The notes under the pieces: model-generated | The model's database searches: none | What the model was told of the DNA's origin: nothing | The model's input: the letters and a program-made list of their open reading frames with translations, nothing else | Assembly (NCBI GenBank): GCA_964016885.1 | Contig: OZ024742.1 | Location: 29,264,001 to 29,328,000, forward strand | Direction: 5' to 3' | Source of the DNA: Eledone cirrhosa | Taxonomy: Eukaryota | Length of the DNA: 64,000 bases | Position numbers and translations under genes: made by a program | In this document: in pieces, positions 1-15,845 of the stretch | How positions within the stretch are numbered: position 1 is the first letter of the stretch | How the letters are laid out: each line of letters opens with the position of its first letter

Positions 1-11
1 GTGACCTGACA

Positions 12-96
12 TAATACATACATACATACATACATACATACATACATACATACATACATACATACATACATACATACATACATACATACATACATA
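12..96. repeat. (TACA)n microsatellite abutting the 5' terminus of a non-autonomous RTE-derived element
   Basis: About 20 TACA units. Bases 1-10 (gtgacctgac) are the reverse complement of the element start gtcaggtcac at 9447. Confidence 0.9.
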
Positions 97-770
97 CGTT
101 GTTAGGGTGTAAATGTGATAGTGGTAGGTTTTGAAGGCAGTGATTGGTTTTAATTTATGTCTAGTTTCTTATATATCTGGTGGATAAGGCTGTGTGTAGT
201 TTTATAGATGGTGTTTACTTGAGTTTATAGATAGCTTTGGTTTGGTGTAGATTTGTTTGTGTTCAAATCATATATATGTATGTATATATTTTGAGTATAT
301 GTTGGTTGTATACCAACACCTCAGTATGCAGATTGGAGCACTCAACGAAGTGCGCAGGTTGGTTTGGTTACTCCGGTGTAATGTAAAATAAAATAAAATA
401 AATAAGTCAAATGTTTTAAATTTGGCGTCGTTTATTACTGCTATATATATTTCGGTGACTGCCATCTTTGGCTGTGACCTCTTCAGGCAGTCCGAATTAG
501 TGTGGTAGAGACGAGTACACATGTTGTTGAGGTGTTTAACTTTGTCAATACTCTGATATGCCCAGTTCCTGGTTGGGTTGTTATTTCACTGAGGAACTGG
601 AATCATATGAATTTAAACAAACGAATTTCAGCGTCAAAGGACCTCTTCTCCCCTCATTGGTCAGTTGTTAGAACATTCTTCAGTCAAAAGTCTATAGAAA
701 TTCGTTCTGAGGCAAGGCAATCTGTAGTGGTTGTTCTTGTTATTGTTAGGTACATCTGACCTCTACTCAT
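97..770 (-). mobile_element. Penelope-like element terminal (pLTR) fragment, left arm of an inverted repeat
   Basis: ~386-768 is the reverse complement of ~1219-1602 (the ORF track shows near-identical 85-aa ORFs on opposite strands). Contains a hammerhead motif. Confidence 0.7.
437..491 (-). ncRNA. Minimal type I hammerhead ribozyme
   Basis: Minus strand: actgc CTGAAGA ggtcacagcca-aaga-tggcagtcacc GAAA tatata TA gcagt. Stem I actgc/gcagt, palindromic stem III. Confidence 0.8.
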
Positions 771-1213
771 TTTATTGCCTTCTATTTCTTCATATACATG
801 GCAGAACCCCCCCCCCCCACCACCACCACCACCACCATGAGAGATGGTGGCTGGAGGGATGAAGAAAGGCACACACAGATACTTCTAAATGTCAGCAGCA
901 GCAAGACATAGGCTGACCACAACACCAACAACACTACCAAAATAAGGGTAGAGGTCAGATGTACTTAACAATAGCAAACACAAACACTACAGGGAGCCTC
1001 ACCCCAGAAAGAATTTATATAGACTTTTGACTGAGGAATGCTCTCAAAACTGACCAATGGGAAGAGTGACCTTACAAATCTTTATAACATTGAGATGGGT
1101 ATAACACACACATTTTATTTGATTATTTTATTTTATTTTGTTCCTTTACCATCTTATTCCTTCTACCACTTTATCATTTTTTTAGCTGACTCCAACAACA
1201 ACACCACTACCAA

Positions 1214-1602
1214 CATAAGAGTAGAGGTCAGATGTACCTAACAATAACAAGAACAACCACTACAGATTGCCTTGCCGCAGAACGAATTTCTATAGACTTT
1301 TGACTGAGGAATGTTCTAACAACTGACCAATGAGAGGATAAGAGGTCCTTTGACGCTGAAATTCGTTTGTTTAAATTCATATGATTCCAGTTTCTCAGTG
1401 AAATAACAACCCAACCAGGAACTGGGCATATCAGAGTATTGACAAAGTTAAACACCTCAACAACATGTGTACTCGTCTCTACCACACTAATTCGGACTGC
1501 CTGAAGAGGTCACAGCCAAAGATGGCTGTCACCGAAATATATATAGAAGTAATAAACGAAGCCAAATTTAAAACATTTGACTTATTTATTTTATTTTATT
1601 TT
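1214..1602 (+). mobile_element. Penelope-like pLTR fragment, right arm of the inverted repeat
   Basis: Inverted copy of 386-768. A further degenerate partial copy lies at ~945-1075. Confidence 0.7.
1496..1550 (+). ncRNA. Minimal type I hammerhead ribozyme (one stem I mismatch)
   Basis: actgc CTGAAGA ggtcacagcca aaga tggctgtcacc GAAA tatata TA gaagt. Confidence 0.75.
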
Positions 1603-1638
1603 ATATATATATATATATATTAAGAAAGAAAGGGGGAA

Positions 1639-1670
<32 letters not shown>

Positions 1671-1714
1671 GTACATACACATTCACACACGTATATATAT
1701 ATATATGTGTGTGC

Positions 1715-1748
<34 letters not shown>

Positions 1749-2781
1749 GTGTGTGTATTTGTGTACATTTATACATAGATTCGAAACTGATTGTGCTATC
1801 AAATGTTTATCTCTTCTCTCGTCTTTTATAATACAATTTACCATTCCACTTGGTTTAGAAAGTATTTCAAATTAAATTCCTGACTTTATATAAACTTTCT
1901 ATCTTAATCTAACAACGGCATTCTTTATACACTTCTTCTTTTGCCTGTAGTATAGCTACTGCAGAAGAATCTTCGTCTGTTGTTGAACTAACATTTGCCA
2001 TAAACACCTACCACAAACAAACACCTCCACAAACACACAACGCCAAACACCTACCAGCAAAATCAATGTATGTTGCTAGTGACAATGTTGCAAGTGAAAC
2101 TAGAAAGTCAATTAGCCAAAACCAACAATACTAATACTGGATAAAAAAAATTTATTAGATATGAGATATTCAGAATAACGCCATTTTAAGTCGCATCTGT
2201 GCTTTGTAATGTCTAACATTACTTTTAATGCGTGGATAGTCCACTTGGAAATAAAAATCTGAAATTGGACAAAGATCACTTAAACTCTAGCCATGATCTC
2301 TGCAAACAAACTGAACCCTCCCGTCAGCTAGACAGTAAAAGTTGCAACGAAAACAGAAGCAATGTCAATGATGGTATTATTTCAGATATGTTTATGATAA
2401 TACGGAACATTGTGAGGCAGAAATTCCGAATTCGTTTAGAAATAACCATGCAGCTTTCTTCTATTAATGATGTTTGTATGCTGTATACGTTTGTATATGT
2501 TTGTATACTTTTGTATGTTTGTATACGTTTGTATACGATTGTTTACAGCGGATGTTATTAAAGTCATCGCATATTAACGGAAGATTTGGATTTCTGATAG
2601 ATAACTTAGTTACTAACTACGAAACAATTTCGAGTATTTCAGTAATAATAATATTGATAAGAATAACGCTTTCTGATTTAGGGACAAGCCAGCAATTTTT
2701 TCTTTGAGGGGAAGTCGATTAAATCAACCCCAGAGCGTTACTGGTACATTATTTTATCGACCCCGTAAGGATGAGAGGCAT

Positions 2782-2960
2782 GTTGATGATGATGGTTGTG
2801 ATAATGATAATGGTGATAATGATGACCACGATGTCGAGGATGTCGACGATGATGATAACGAGATGAGGATGACCACGATGATGATGATGGTGATGATAAC
2901 GAGATGATGATGACGACGATGATGATGATGGTGATGATAATGAAAATGTCTATGGTGATT
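2782..2960. repeat. Degenerate (GAT)n microsatellite
   Basis: gatgatgat/gacgat runs. Confidence 0.9.
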
Positions 2961-3140
2961 TCATTTCATTTAAGTACAAAAGGCAATAGGTGACAGAGAC
3001 ATTGCAGTGGCATGATATAAAATAAATTATGTTTTAGTTGTAAATCAGATGAAGACAATAACCCCACCTAAATGTGACATGACACTAAGTATATACATCA
3101 GAATTATTATCTCTGGTTATGATCCTCGTATTGTACTTGT

Positions 3141-3346
3141 GAGTTTTATATCTAATGATAATAATATTCGATTCGTTTGCAAGCAAACAGCCTCATTATG
3201 CTATGTTTTTAGATGACCATCGACAATATTATCGATTGTCACCGCAAGAACAATAGGATGGCGATGATCATCTAAAAACACATAACGTAATGAAAGCAGT
3301 TTGTTTGCAAACGAATCAAATATTTATGTTATTCGATATAAGACTC
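3141..3346. repeat. Imperfect ~80-bp-arm inverted repeat (MITE-like fold-back)
   Basis: 3141-3222 (..attcgtttgcaagcaaac..tttttagatgaccatcg) pairs with 3262-3346 (cgatgatcatctaaaaa..gtttgtttgcaaacgaat..). Confidence 0.65.
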
Positions 3347-3570
3347 TCGAATACATTTACGTATCCGCTATGTTAGAGCGAAAAACCAAATTGTAATTTT
3401 TACCCTGGTATTGTTTTCTATAATGTACAAATGATATCAATGTATTGACAGGTTTGTGGTGAATTAGTCCAGACTATCTCCTTCATCCTTCCACGATCTT
3501 AATAACCAGATACATGCTTCCATATGCCTTTCTCCAGACGGTGGAGCAAACTTCCTGTATATTATTATTA

Positions 3571-6372
3571 GAGGGGGAGCTGGTAGATAAGTTAGACTAG
3601 GCTATTTGTAGTGGCATTGCAACTGACGTGCTAGCGGCGAGAATGGCATTAGACCATTTCTTCAATGCGAAACACGAAGGTCGCATTGTCAGAGCTAAGG
3701 CGCGTGCGCTGAGAAACGAGGCAACCAAAGCTGTTCGATGGGCCCGCGTGGCGGAGACGTAGCGTGGTAATAAAACCACAATTCGGTCTTTGGTGGACCG
3801 AGATGGAGACGAGATAAGCGATTCCAAGCGGATGTGTGAGGCCTTTCGCCAGCACTTTGCTCGGTTGTTCGGGGAGAGTGGCGAGTCAGAGAGAGTAGCG
3901 GATTTCAGTCCCTACCTTGACGGCTTTCCGCGCATCTCGAGGTCGACGCTGAGCGCTGCGAAAGGCCGATTACTTCAGCCGAAATTCAGGACGCCCTTGT
4001 CGGCTGCATGAGGCGCAAGTCACCCGGTTTGGAAGGCCTGCCCTACGAGCTTTACGTAAATATGCCAGACTTGTTCTCCGAACTCCTCGAAGCACTCTAC
4101 TGCAACTGGCAGCAGAATGGGAGTATTCCCAGTTCTGTGAGCAGGGGAGTGGTGACGCTGATAAGGAAAGACGAGAACAAGAGGGATACATTAGACAACT
4201 TCAGGCCCATAACTCTGTTCAACACAGAGTTTAAGATTTTGGCCAAGGTGTTAAGCAAAGAGATTGGCGCTTGTCGTCGAGGATTTGGTTGGGGAGGCGC
4301 AAACTTGCGCAATCCCAGCCAGGTCCATATACGACAATCTCCACCTCATGCGATACATCATAGAGAGGGTAGGGTGTAAACCTGGCTTCGGTGGGGCACT
4401 GATCAATTTAGATCAATCGAAAGCATTCGATAGGGTCGACCATCGGTATCTGGAGTTTGTCCTCAAAGCAGCTGGCTTTGGCCCTGTCTTTAGAAGCTGG
4501 ATCGCTGCAATGCACAGCGGCACACGCTCGGTGGTCAAGGTTAATGGCCACCTCTCGGAACCATTTCGGCTCTCCCGATCGGTACGTCAAGGGTGCCCTC
4601 TCTCTTCCCTTCTGTACGTATTGACTCTCGAGCCTTTACTGCGGAAGCTGGAGCTGTTGCAGGGCATCCCGCTCGAACCGGGACGTGGAAAGGCGCTGTC
4701 GGCTTGTGCGGACGACATCACCGTGATGGTGTCGAACACCTCAGAAATCAAGGTGGTCGGCACCTTATTGAAGGAATATGAAAGGTTGACAGGAGCCAAA
4801 CTTAACCCGGAAATGTCGGTGGGCTTGCAGTTCGGAACCTGGAGAGGCAAGCCCATGCCGTCCAACAGCGTCGTGGGGCGCTGGACGGACGGACCGGTAA
4901 AGTTGCTCGGGGTTTGGTTTGGACCAGACATCCAGGTAGAAAAGAATTGGGATGAGGTAACGAGCAGAGTAGCCAGTCTCACGCAAAAGTGGGCTGGGAG
5001 GAAGCTATCACTGAAAGGTCGCACGGATGTGGCGAATGCGTACATCGCGTCCGTCATCTGCTACCGCCTGACCGTCGTGCCTTGCCCCCATCCGCGCCTC
5101 GTCAAGTTGGAACGGCTCCTCTTCAAATTCTTGTGGAGGGGACCATTCCGTTGGTGAGGCGGTCTATCTGCTGCCAGCACCCTCTACGCGGAGGGCTTGG
5201 TATGCTGTGGCTAATGATGCGCAGACATGCGTTGAGGCTGCGACATCTCCAGATATTCTGCCTCAACGGTGAACAGGTGTGGTCGCCGTTTATCAGACGG
5301 GCTTTTCCGCAGCACATTTATTTGACTGAGCTGCAGTCCTGGGTCAAGAAGAGACCGAGACTGGGTGACTGGCACCTGGAATGTTGACAGGCACTCACTG
5401 CCCTCTACCAAGCGGGCAATGCGATCAGTGGAACTTCCACTCTCGAGTTCTATAGAGGATTAGGTGGGCAAGTGCGATGACGCACTAGGAGAAGCTTTGG
5501 GCCTCGACGAAGTCGAACTGACCAGTCTGTACCGGAGGACTTTTGAGCCGGGGACGATGGACAATTTCCAGAAATCCCTCGCTTGGCAGTGCTACCGGGG
5601 GGCACTGCCGGTTCGGTATAAACTCTACAGGCACGGAAGTGCTGTCAGACGGACCTGCCCAAGATGCGCACAGAACGACGAAACCGTTCTGCACGCACTC
5701 GTCCAATGTCCGTGCATTACTGACTTGTGGAATTATGTCGAACAGCTACTGTCGCGTGTGGAACGAATCCGGCTATCGGCCGAGTCCATAGTGAAGATCG
5801 AGCCGCCACCTTCCTTCGGTCAGGAAGAGCAGGACATTTTCCTCTGTCTGGTGGCAGTTGCGAAAGAGGTTATATGGTGGACCAGGTTAAAAGGACTGAA
5901 GACAGACACTTTTCTCTTCGGCCAATCCCTTATCAACTTCTTCAAGTTTCACCTGGAAAGGAAGGTGAGGGTGGGGAGAGAAGTGCTGCCCCCATACATT
6001 TGCTAAAAGGTGGGTGAATGTGGCGAGAATGGCTCGTGTGAATGGGCCTACTCTGACCATGCGCCTATAGGCTAGCTAACTTGAGGAGAGGGGTGCTCTC
6101 CCTGGGTGCCCTAGAAGCGCAGGGTGGTTCAGGATTAGTGGGATACCCGAGTCACCCCAGGGTCGTCCACCCCTATTGGGGAATATATTTTGTTAGATTT
6201 ATGCATAGTTTATTTTATATTTTTATATTTTCATTGTTAAATTAGTCTTGCCATTGTACACTTTTACTCGACCTTATTGTAAACCCCCACTGTCCCTGTC
6301 TTTGTATTGTCCCCTACATGTCGGCCCTTGTGGCTAATAAATGAAATCATTATTATTATTATTATTATTATT
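3571..6372 (+). mobile_element. 5'-truncated, frameshifted Tx1/L1-clade LINE (ORF2: RT + C-terminal zinc finger)
   Basis: KSPGLEGLPYE, NFRPITLFNTEFKILAK, LDQSKAFDRVDH, VRQGCPLS, ACADD and CPRC..ETVLHALVQC spread over ORFs 4008-4379, 4264-5157, 4989-5387 and 5464-6006. Ends with aataaa and an (ATT)n tail; 5' flank is also attattatta. Confidence 0.92.
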
Positions 6373-6660
6373 GTTCTTTGAGTCTCAGTCATTGATGTTA
6401 TTTAACTGGAAAGTTTGTTGAAATGAATATCAAGCCACTACCTGCAGCCTCAGATATTCAGAACGTATCGCAGGGTTCTTGCTGTTCCCAGCAAGCATGC
6501 CTTTTGAAGTGTTCCAAAAAGCGGGGCGCGCCCAATTTTCTTTAACCATCCTTGGAAACTCTTTGAGATAGTACCTAGTGCGCCTATGACAATCGGGACC
6601 ACTTTGACCTCATGGCAGTTCCAAATCCTTTTTACCTCCCACTTTAAGTCCTGGTATCGG
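6373..6660 (-). mobile_element. R4/Dong-clade non-LTR retrotransposon 3' fragment (restriction-like endonuclease C-terminus)
   Basis: Minus strand reads RYQDLKWEVKRIWNCHEVKVVPIVIGALGTISKS..LQKACLLGTARTLRYVLNI*, then a short UTR and a (TAA)n tail. Confidence 0.85.
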
Positions 6661-6699
6661 TTAAATTATTATTATAATTATAATTATCATTATTATTAT

Positions 6700-7110
6700 T
6701 ACGGTGGATTGGCAGAATCAGTAAAGTGTCGGGCAACATGCTTTATGGCATATAGTTACGGCCCTTTGCGTTCTGAGTTCAAATTCTGCCGGGGTTAACT
6801 TTGCTTTCATTCTTACGAGGCCGATAAAATAAAGTACCAGTCACGTACTGGAGTCGATTTAATCGTCTCTCCCCCGCCATTAAATTGCTGGCCTTGTGCC
6901 TAAATGAGAAACCATTATTATCATTATTTGGCATTATCGGTAGAGGGACGGACGCCATGCTTTGACGCATAGAGTTACGGCCCAATTTGTTTTGAGTTCA
7001 AATCCCGCCGAGGTTAACTTTGCCTTTCATCCTTACGGGGTCGATAAAATAAAGTACCAGTAATGTACTGGGTATTTGCTGGCCTTGTGCCAAAAGTAGA
7101 AACAATTATT
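6700..7110 (+). mobile_element. Two tandem tRNA-derived SINE copies (abundant cephalopod-type family)
   Basis: B-box-like gagttcaaatccc followed by the core gttaactttgcctttcatccttacggggtcgataaaataaagtaccagt, a core recurring many times in the window. Confidence 0.85.
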
Positions 7111-7656
7111 ATTATTATCTTTTTTGTTAACATTGTTAAATTTGTTTACAGGCAAAACCCACACACAAACACACACACAAACACAGACACAGACACATAC
7201 ACACAATCTATGTTTTCGTCCTGTACTGTCATAATGTTTTTTCTTGATATGGACCCTTTGTAGTTAATAAAGAAATCATTATTATTATTATTATTGTTAT
7301 TTCATGCAGCTGTCTCATATTGAAAAACTTTGTATTACCCTTTACGTTAACAAGAAATGAAATGCTGTTGTCTGCGGTCTTGTCGATAACTCTTGTGTCG
7401 TTTACACTATTTGCTTTGTACGTTTTTTAGCATTATTTCTGTGTATTTCCCATTGTGAGCGTTTATGGGTAAAAGCTTGTCTGTTTAATCTTTACGTTCG
7501 CTAATGTTGATTTTTGAAAGTCTGTTTTCTTGTTTGAAAATAATTGGGGATGTATTTGTTTACATTGTTGTGGTTATTGTTACCACCACTCTTCTTGCGA
7601 ACACTTCATTCTGCAACTCCTAAGACGCTGGTAAATATTACAAAGACCCGGAGCGG

Positions 7657-10790
<3,134 letters not shown>

Positions 10791-10999
10791 CTTTAACTGC
10801 CTGAGGGAATTGAAATGGATTCTTAATTAATCCAGATGATTTTTTTCAATATCCCAGAATGGAAAACTGGAAACAAAATGAAAGACTTCTTTTATCATCA
10901 ATTGGGCAGATTAATATCCATGTTTGGGGCGAGGGTCAACACAACAGTACACAGCAAATATCAACAGAACCACCACCAACAACAACAGCAGTAATAAAA

Positions 11000-11997
11000 A
11001 TAATAATTGTTTCTACATTTGGCACAAGGCCAGCAAATGCCCCAGTGCATTACTGGTACTTTATTTTATCGACCCCGTAAAGATGAAAGGCAAAGTTAAC
11101 CTCGGCTGGATTTGAACTCAGAATGGCAAGGGGCGTAATTCTATGCGTCAAAGCATGGCGTCCGACCCTCTACCGATACTGCCACACCACAATGGATTTA
11201 GGTACATGGACAAACATTCTTGAAGAGGTGAAAGTCGATTAAATCGAACCCAGTGCATTACTGGTACTTTATTTTATCGACCTCCGGAAAGATGAAAGGC
11301 AAAAGTAACATTGGCAGAAATCAGAACGTAATGGGACTTAATTATATGACACAAAGCACGTTGTCCGACGCTCTAACGACTATTGCTAATTCACCGTCTT
11401 AAGGAAGGGAATGACAGATAATAAATAAAAAATTAATCAATAAATAAATAAATAAATAAAGGGCCGTAACTAAATAATTGTTTTTAATTTTGGCACAAGG
11501 CCAGCAATTATCCATTACATTACTGGTACTTTATTTTATCGACCCCGTAAGGATGAAAGGCAAAGTTAACCTCAACGGAATTTGAACTCAGACTGTAAGG
11601 GAGGTAATTATGCTGGAAAGCATGGCGTCCGACCCTCTACTGAGACTGCCAATTTAAATAATTGTTTCTACTTTTGGCACAAGGCCAGCAAAGTAACAGT
11701 ACATTACTGGTACTTTATTTTATCGACCCCGTAAGGATGAAAGGCAAAGTTAACCTCAACGGAATTTGAACTCAGACTGTAAGGGAGGTAATTATGCTGG
11801 AAAGCATGGCGTCCGACCCTCTACTGAGACTGCCAATTTAAATAATTGTTTCTACTTTTGGCACAAGGCCAGCAAAGTAACAGTACATTACTGGTACTTT
11901 ATTTTATCGACCCCGTAAGGATGAAAGGCAAAGTTAACCTCGGCGGGATTTGAACTCAGAATGATAAGGGCCGTAACTCTATGCGTCAAAGCATGGC
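11000..11997 (-). mobile_element. Cluster/tandem array of the tRNA-derived SINE (~184-bp units)
   Basis: Five copies. 11472-11655, 11657-11840 and 11841-11997 are head-to-tail and near identical. Confidence 0.88.
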
Positions 11998-11999
11998 AA

Positions 12000-12545
12000 T
12001 GCAGAGCATTTTGTCTGATGCGCTACCAATTCTGACGTGGTCTGTATGTATATTCACTGAACAACGAACCCCAAATATGGCTATCAGATGTCTGACAAAT
12101 GGTACCAGCATGGAATAGAAAGTCTTCACTGTGACAGAGACAAACACAAGACACTCTGGGACTTCACTATCAAAACTAACCAGAGACTTGAACATAACAG
12201 ACCTGTTATTGTAGTTATGTTGAGAAATTGATGTGAATGTCAGAATATTGATGTTACAATCCCAGAAGACCACAACATTGTCTTGAAAGAAATTGAAAAT
12301 ATATTGAATTATACTGATTTTAAGATCGAAGCCTCACAAATTTGATCAATACCACCTAACAACATTAAGATAATGCCAGATGTCATTGAATCTTTGAGCT
12401 CAATACCACTAAAACTGACGCTATATTAAACAAATAGACCTTGAAATTATACTCGTGTATCTCGTATAAAAGACTGCCCTGTTGGAAACGGTGCATATAA
12501 ACACAGGAAAATACTGTCTGTCCAAGGTAATTGGTGAGACTAAAA
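12000..12545 (+). mobile_element. Degenerate R4/Dong-clade fragment (RLE domain)
   Basis: KWYQH..KTLWDFTIKTNQRLEHNRPVIVV..IDVTIPEDHNIVLKEIE, with stops. Confidence 0.75.
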
Positions 12546-12828
12546 TAAAGTAAATAGACCTTGAATTACAAATTGCTGTCCATTGCCGAATCGGTATGCA
12601 CCGATTTCTGCACTATAAGAATGCATCATCGCTGTGACGTTGATAGGGCTTATCAAGAGACTCCTAAAAAAAAAAGGACTGTTTCTTGACACATTCGTAG
12701 CAAGTGAGAAATTCTCGAGAGGCGGAGGGAGAAATTAACACGTGATACAGTGGTCACAGAAGAGTAGTAAAGGTGGACAGTGAGCGAGTAAAGTATTTGC
12801 TAGAAAAGGCAGTTAGTACAATCCTGGA

Positions 12829-13474
12829 TATATATAACTGAGGATGTTTGCCTGTGTTTGTGTGTGTGTGTGTCTGTCTGTGAGTTTGAATCCCTAAAAC
12901 TCGAGAAGTACCCAACTGATTTTTTTCAAACTTTACATGTGTATTACTTATGTTTCAGGGGGTGTTATGCACATAAACAATTCAACTTTTTCATCCCCTA
13001 GGACCAGCATTAGGTGAAAAACTGCGTTTTTTCAACTTTTTAGGGTTTTTTTGAGGCGTTACGTCAGACCGATTTCCTTGAAATTGTAACTATGTATTAG
13101 TCAGTCTCTTCTTTATACCGTAAGCAAAGAAAATCCAACTTTTTATGGCCTAGAGCCCGCATTAGGTGAAACTTCCTTTTTTCCGCTTTTTAGGGCTTTT
13201 TCGAAGCGTTACGTCTAGCCGATTTTCCCGAAATTTCAAGGCATATTATGCACATTAAAAAATTCATTTTCTTGATCCCCTAGGGCTCGCATTAAGTAAA
13301 AACCTGCATTTTTCCTGCTTTATCGAGGAAAATCTTAAAGATTATCCAGCCATCAGAGTATTCGGTTTATTTTCTTTACATTTTGTCCAGGCATGCAGTT
13401 TTTCCAGGATTAGGTCTGTTGGCGACCCGCGTTCCAAAATACCTCCTCCCGTGCAACGCCAGATACCACTGCTA

Positions 13475-13475
<1 letters not shown>
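12829..13475 (+). mobile_element. Non-autonomous Helitron-type element with internal ~130-150-bp subrepeats
   Basis: 5' tatataa..gtttg(tg)n tctgtctg..aactgattttt..aaacttt. Three cctag..gcatta(g/a)gt(g/a)aaa units. 3' cccgtgcaacgccag..ctgCTAG followed by T. Confidence 0.65.
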
Positions 13476-13559
<84 letters not shown>

Positions 13560-13835
13560 AGAGAGAGAGAGAGAGAGAGAGAATGGAAAGCGAAAAATCA
13601 GTGATCGGGAGGAACCTGCGAGTCTAGAGTCAGGTCGATCCACACACGGATCGCACCTCGAGCTGTTCGCCGGGGAAACAATTGTAACACACAATAAAAT
13701 GAATTACGATGCATCACTGATTTTTCGTTTTCCATTCTATAATACTCTGCTCCGTAAGAGCATAGAGTGCTCAACCGGTATACCGCATATGGAAGCATCT
13801 TAGCTACTATTAGACATATATACATATATATAACA

Positions 13836-14020
13836 AAGGAAGTGTGGTAAGGAACAAGAAGGACCATAACGTACCAGAGTACTCAATAATTAGGGTAGTA
13901 GAGTGGGTAATAAGAAAAAGTTCAAGACCCGACGGCAGAGTTCAAGCCGTTTCGACGTCTATTTCAGAAATAGCCGTCGAAACGGCTTGAGCTCTGCCGT
14001 CGGTGTCTTGAACTTTTCTC
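13836..14020. mobile_element. Repeat terminus (probably Penelope-like) ending in a ~105-bp palindrome
   Basis: 13836-13965 matches 38958-39090. 13913-14019 is a near-perfect hairpin. Confidence 0.6.
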
Positions 14021-14077
14021 TATATATATATCTTTAACCGATACAAAGTAAAACTAGGATACTCCTGCGCTAAGAAC

Positions 14078-14608
14078 ATGAAGTCCCACATCATCAACAG
14101 CCCTAAGAGCAACACCCCACCAGGGTGCTCTTACCGTAAGCCCGAAGCTTGTCCCTTTCAACAGCAATGCAACACACCCGCTGTAATTTATGAAGCTGTG
14201 GTCACTTCCAACCGACCAAATCAACCACAGGAGGTCAAATCCTATGTGGGTATGGCGGAGGGCCGATTTAAGGAACGCTTCCTGAACCATCAGTCTACCT
14301 TTAGGTACCTGGACAGACGTTCATCCACGAAACTCGCGAGCCACGTATGGTCCCTCAAGGACTCAAGTATAGACTACTCCATTCAATGGAAAGCCATCAC
14401 TAAGTCCAAGCCATACGCAAGGGGAAATCCGTCGTGTGGACTATGTATTGATGAACGAATACATATTCTAAAGAGATTATGCAATAGTGATTGCCTAAAC
14501 ACGAGAAATGAATTTTCACACGTTGTCCACACGTCTCGAAACACCTCTTACATAACTACAAAGCTCCGCATTGAATCACAACAACATCCTAATTTTCTTA
14601 TCAACTAG
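14078..14608 (+). pseudogene. Penelope-like element C-terminal GIY-YIG endonuclease fragment
   Basis: CPFQQQCNTPAVIYEAVV..SYVGMAEGRFKERFLNH..STKLASHVWSLK..IQWK..CGLCIDE..LNTRNE. Confidence 0.85.
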
Positions 14609-14812
14609 AAACTTTTCGAACTTTCGCAGTTATCTCCCTTGCACCTCTCGCACGCTTTTTAGTGTTGCCTGTGTGAAGTGACTTTCTGCGCATGAAACAT
14701 TTGTTCTCGGTATCTCGGTATGGTGAACTAACTGTTGTGGAAGTACTTCTACCAAACTCGTCCCATGGACTGAGTGCTCTACTACTACGGATATTATCCT
14801 CCAGTGTTCTAC

Positions 14813-14921
<109 letters not shown>

Positions 14922-15122
14922 CGTGTGTGTGTCTGTTTGTATCTTTTATTTCTCATTCTATCTTCTGATGAACGACTAATGTCTGAAGCGTTAAAACTCT
15001 TTTCCTATTATTTGAAGCGTTAAACTAATACATTTCCACATTGTACTGTGTCGTTTGCTTTGTTATTTCTCTTCACATTTTACGTACGTACATACATACT
15101 CACACACACACATACATACGTG

Positions 15123-15159
<37 letters not shown>

Positions 15160-15769
15160 TTTAAAAGGAAAAGAATGACTTCACTTGTAATTCTAAACAA
15201 TTTGTTTTTATTTCATAATATTATAATATTATGAGTTGGTAGATCTAGTAAGTTCTTTGTTAACTTCAGTGGGAAGATTTTTAAAGATGCCTGGTTAACT
15301 TTCTTGGAGAACTTTCTTGCATTCATCGGTGGCGATTGTCAGGTTGTGTTGTGATGTGTGATTATATATATAAGAGAGATTTGGATTCGTCTGGGGGGGG
15401 GGGGGGGCGGTGTTAATGAGTGTGGGATTGAAGGAGTCTTGATTAAAATTTAAAGGAATAAAAGCATACACACACACACACACACACACGCATATATACA
15501 CACACACATACATATATACGCAGAAAATGGTGAATGGTGACAGCAAGATACTGGGTTGGGAGTGCTATTGGGTTTTTTAAGAGTGTTTAAGAAAGGGACT
15601 GTAAAAGTACCCTCCTGCTGGTTCTATTTCAATAAATGATCTTTGATGAATATAATGGCAGGATGTTTTTCAAATTCGTTTCTTAAATCAAATTGTTTAG
15701 AACTACAAGTGAAGTCATTCTTTTCCTTTTTTCAAATACACCTAACTGTACCAAGCATTTCACACATTT

Positions 15770-15845
<76 letters not shown>

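Noticed and set aside
14960-14995. Hammerhead-like ctgatga..gaag (similar word near 34365)
   Set aside because: Core and stems are too degenerate to call.
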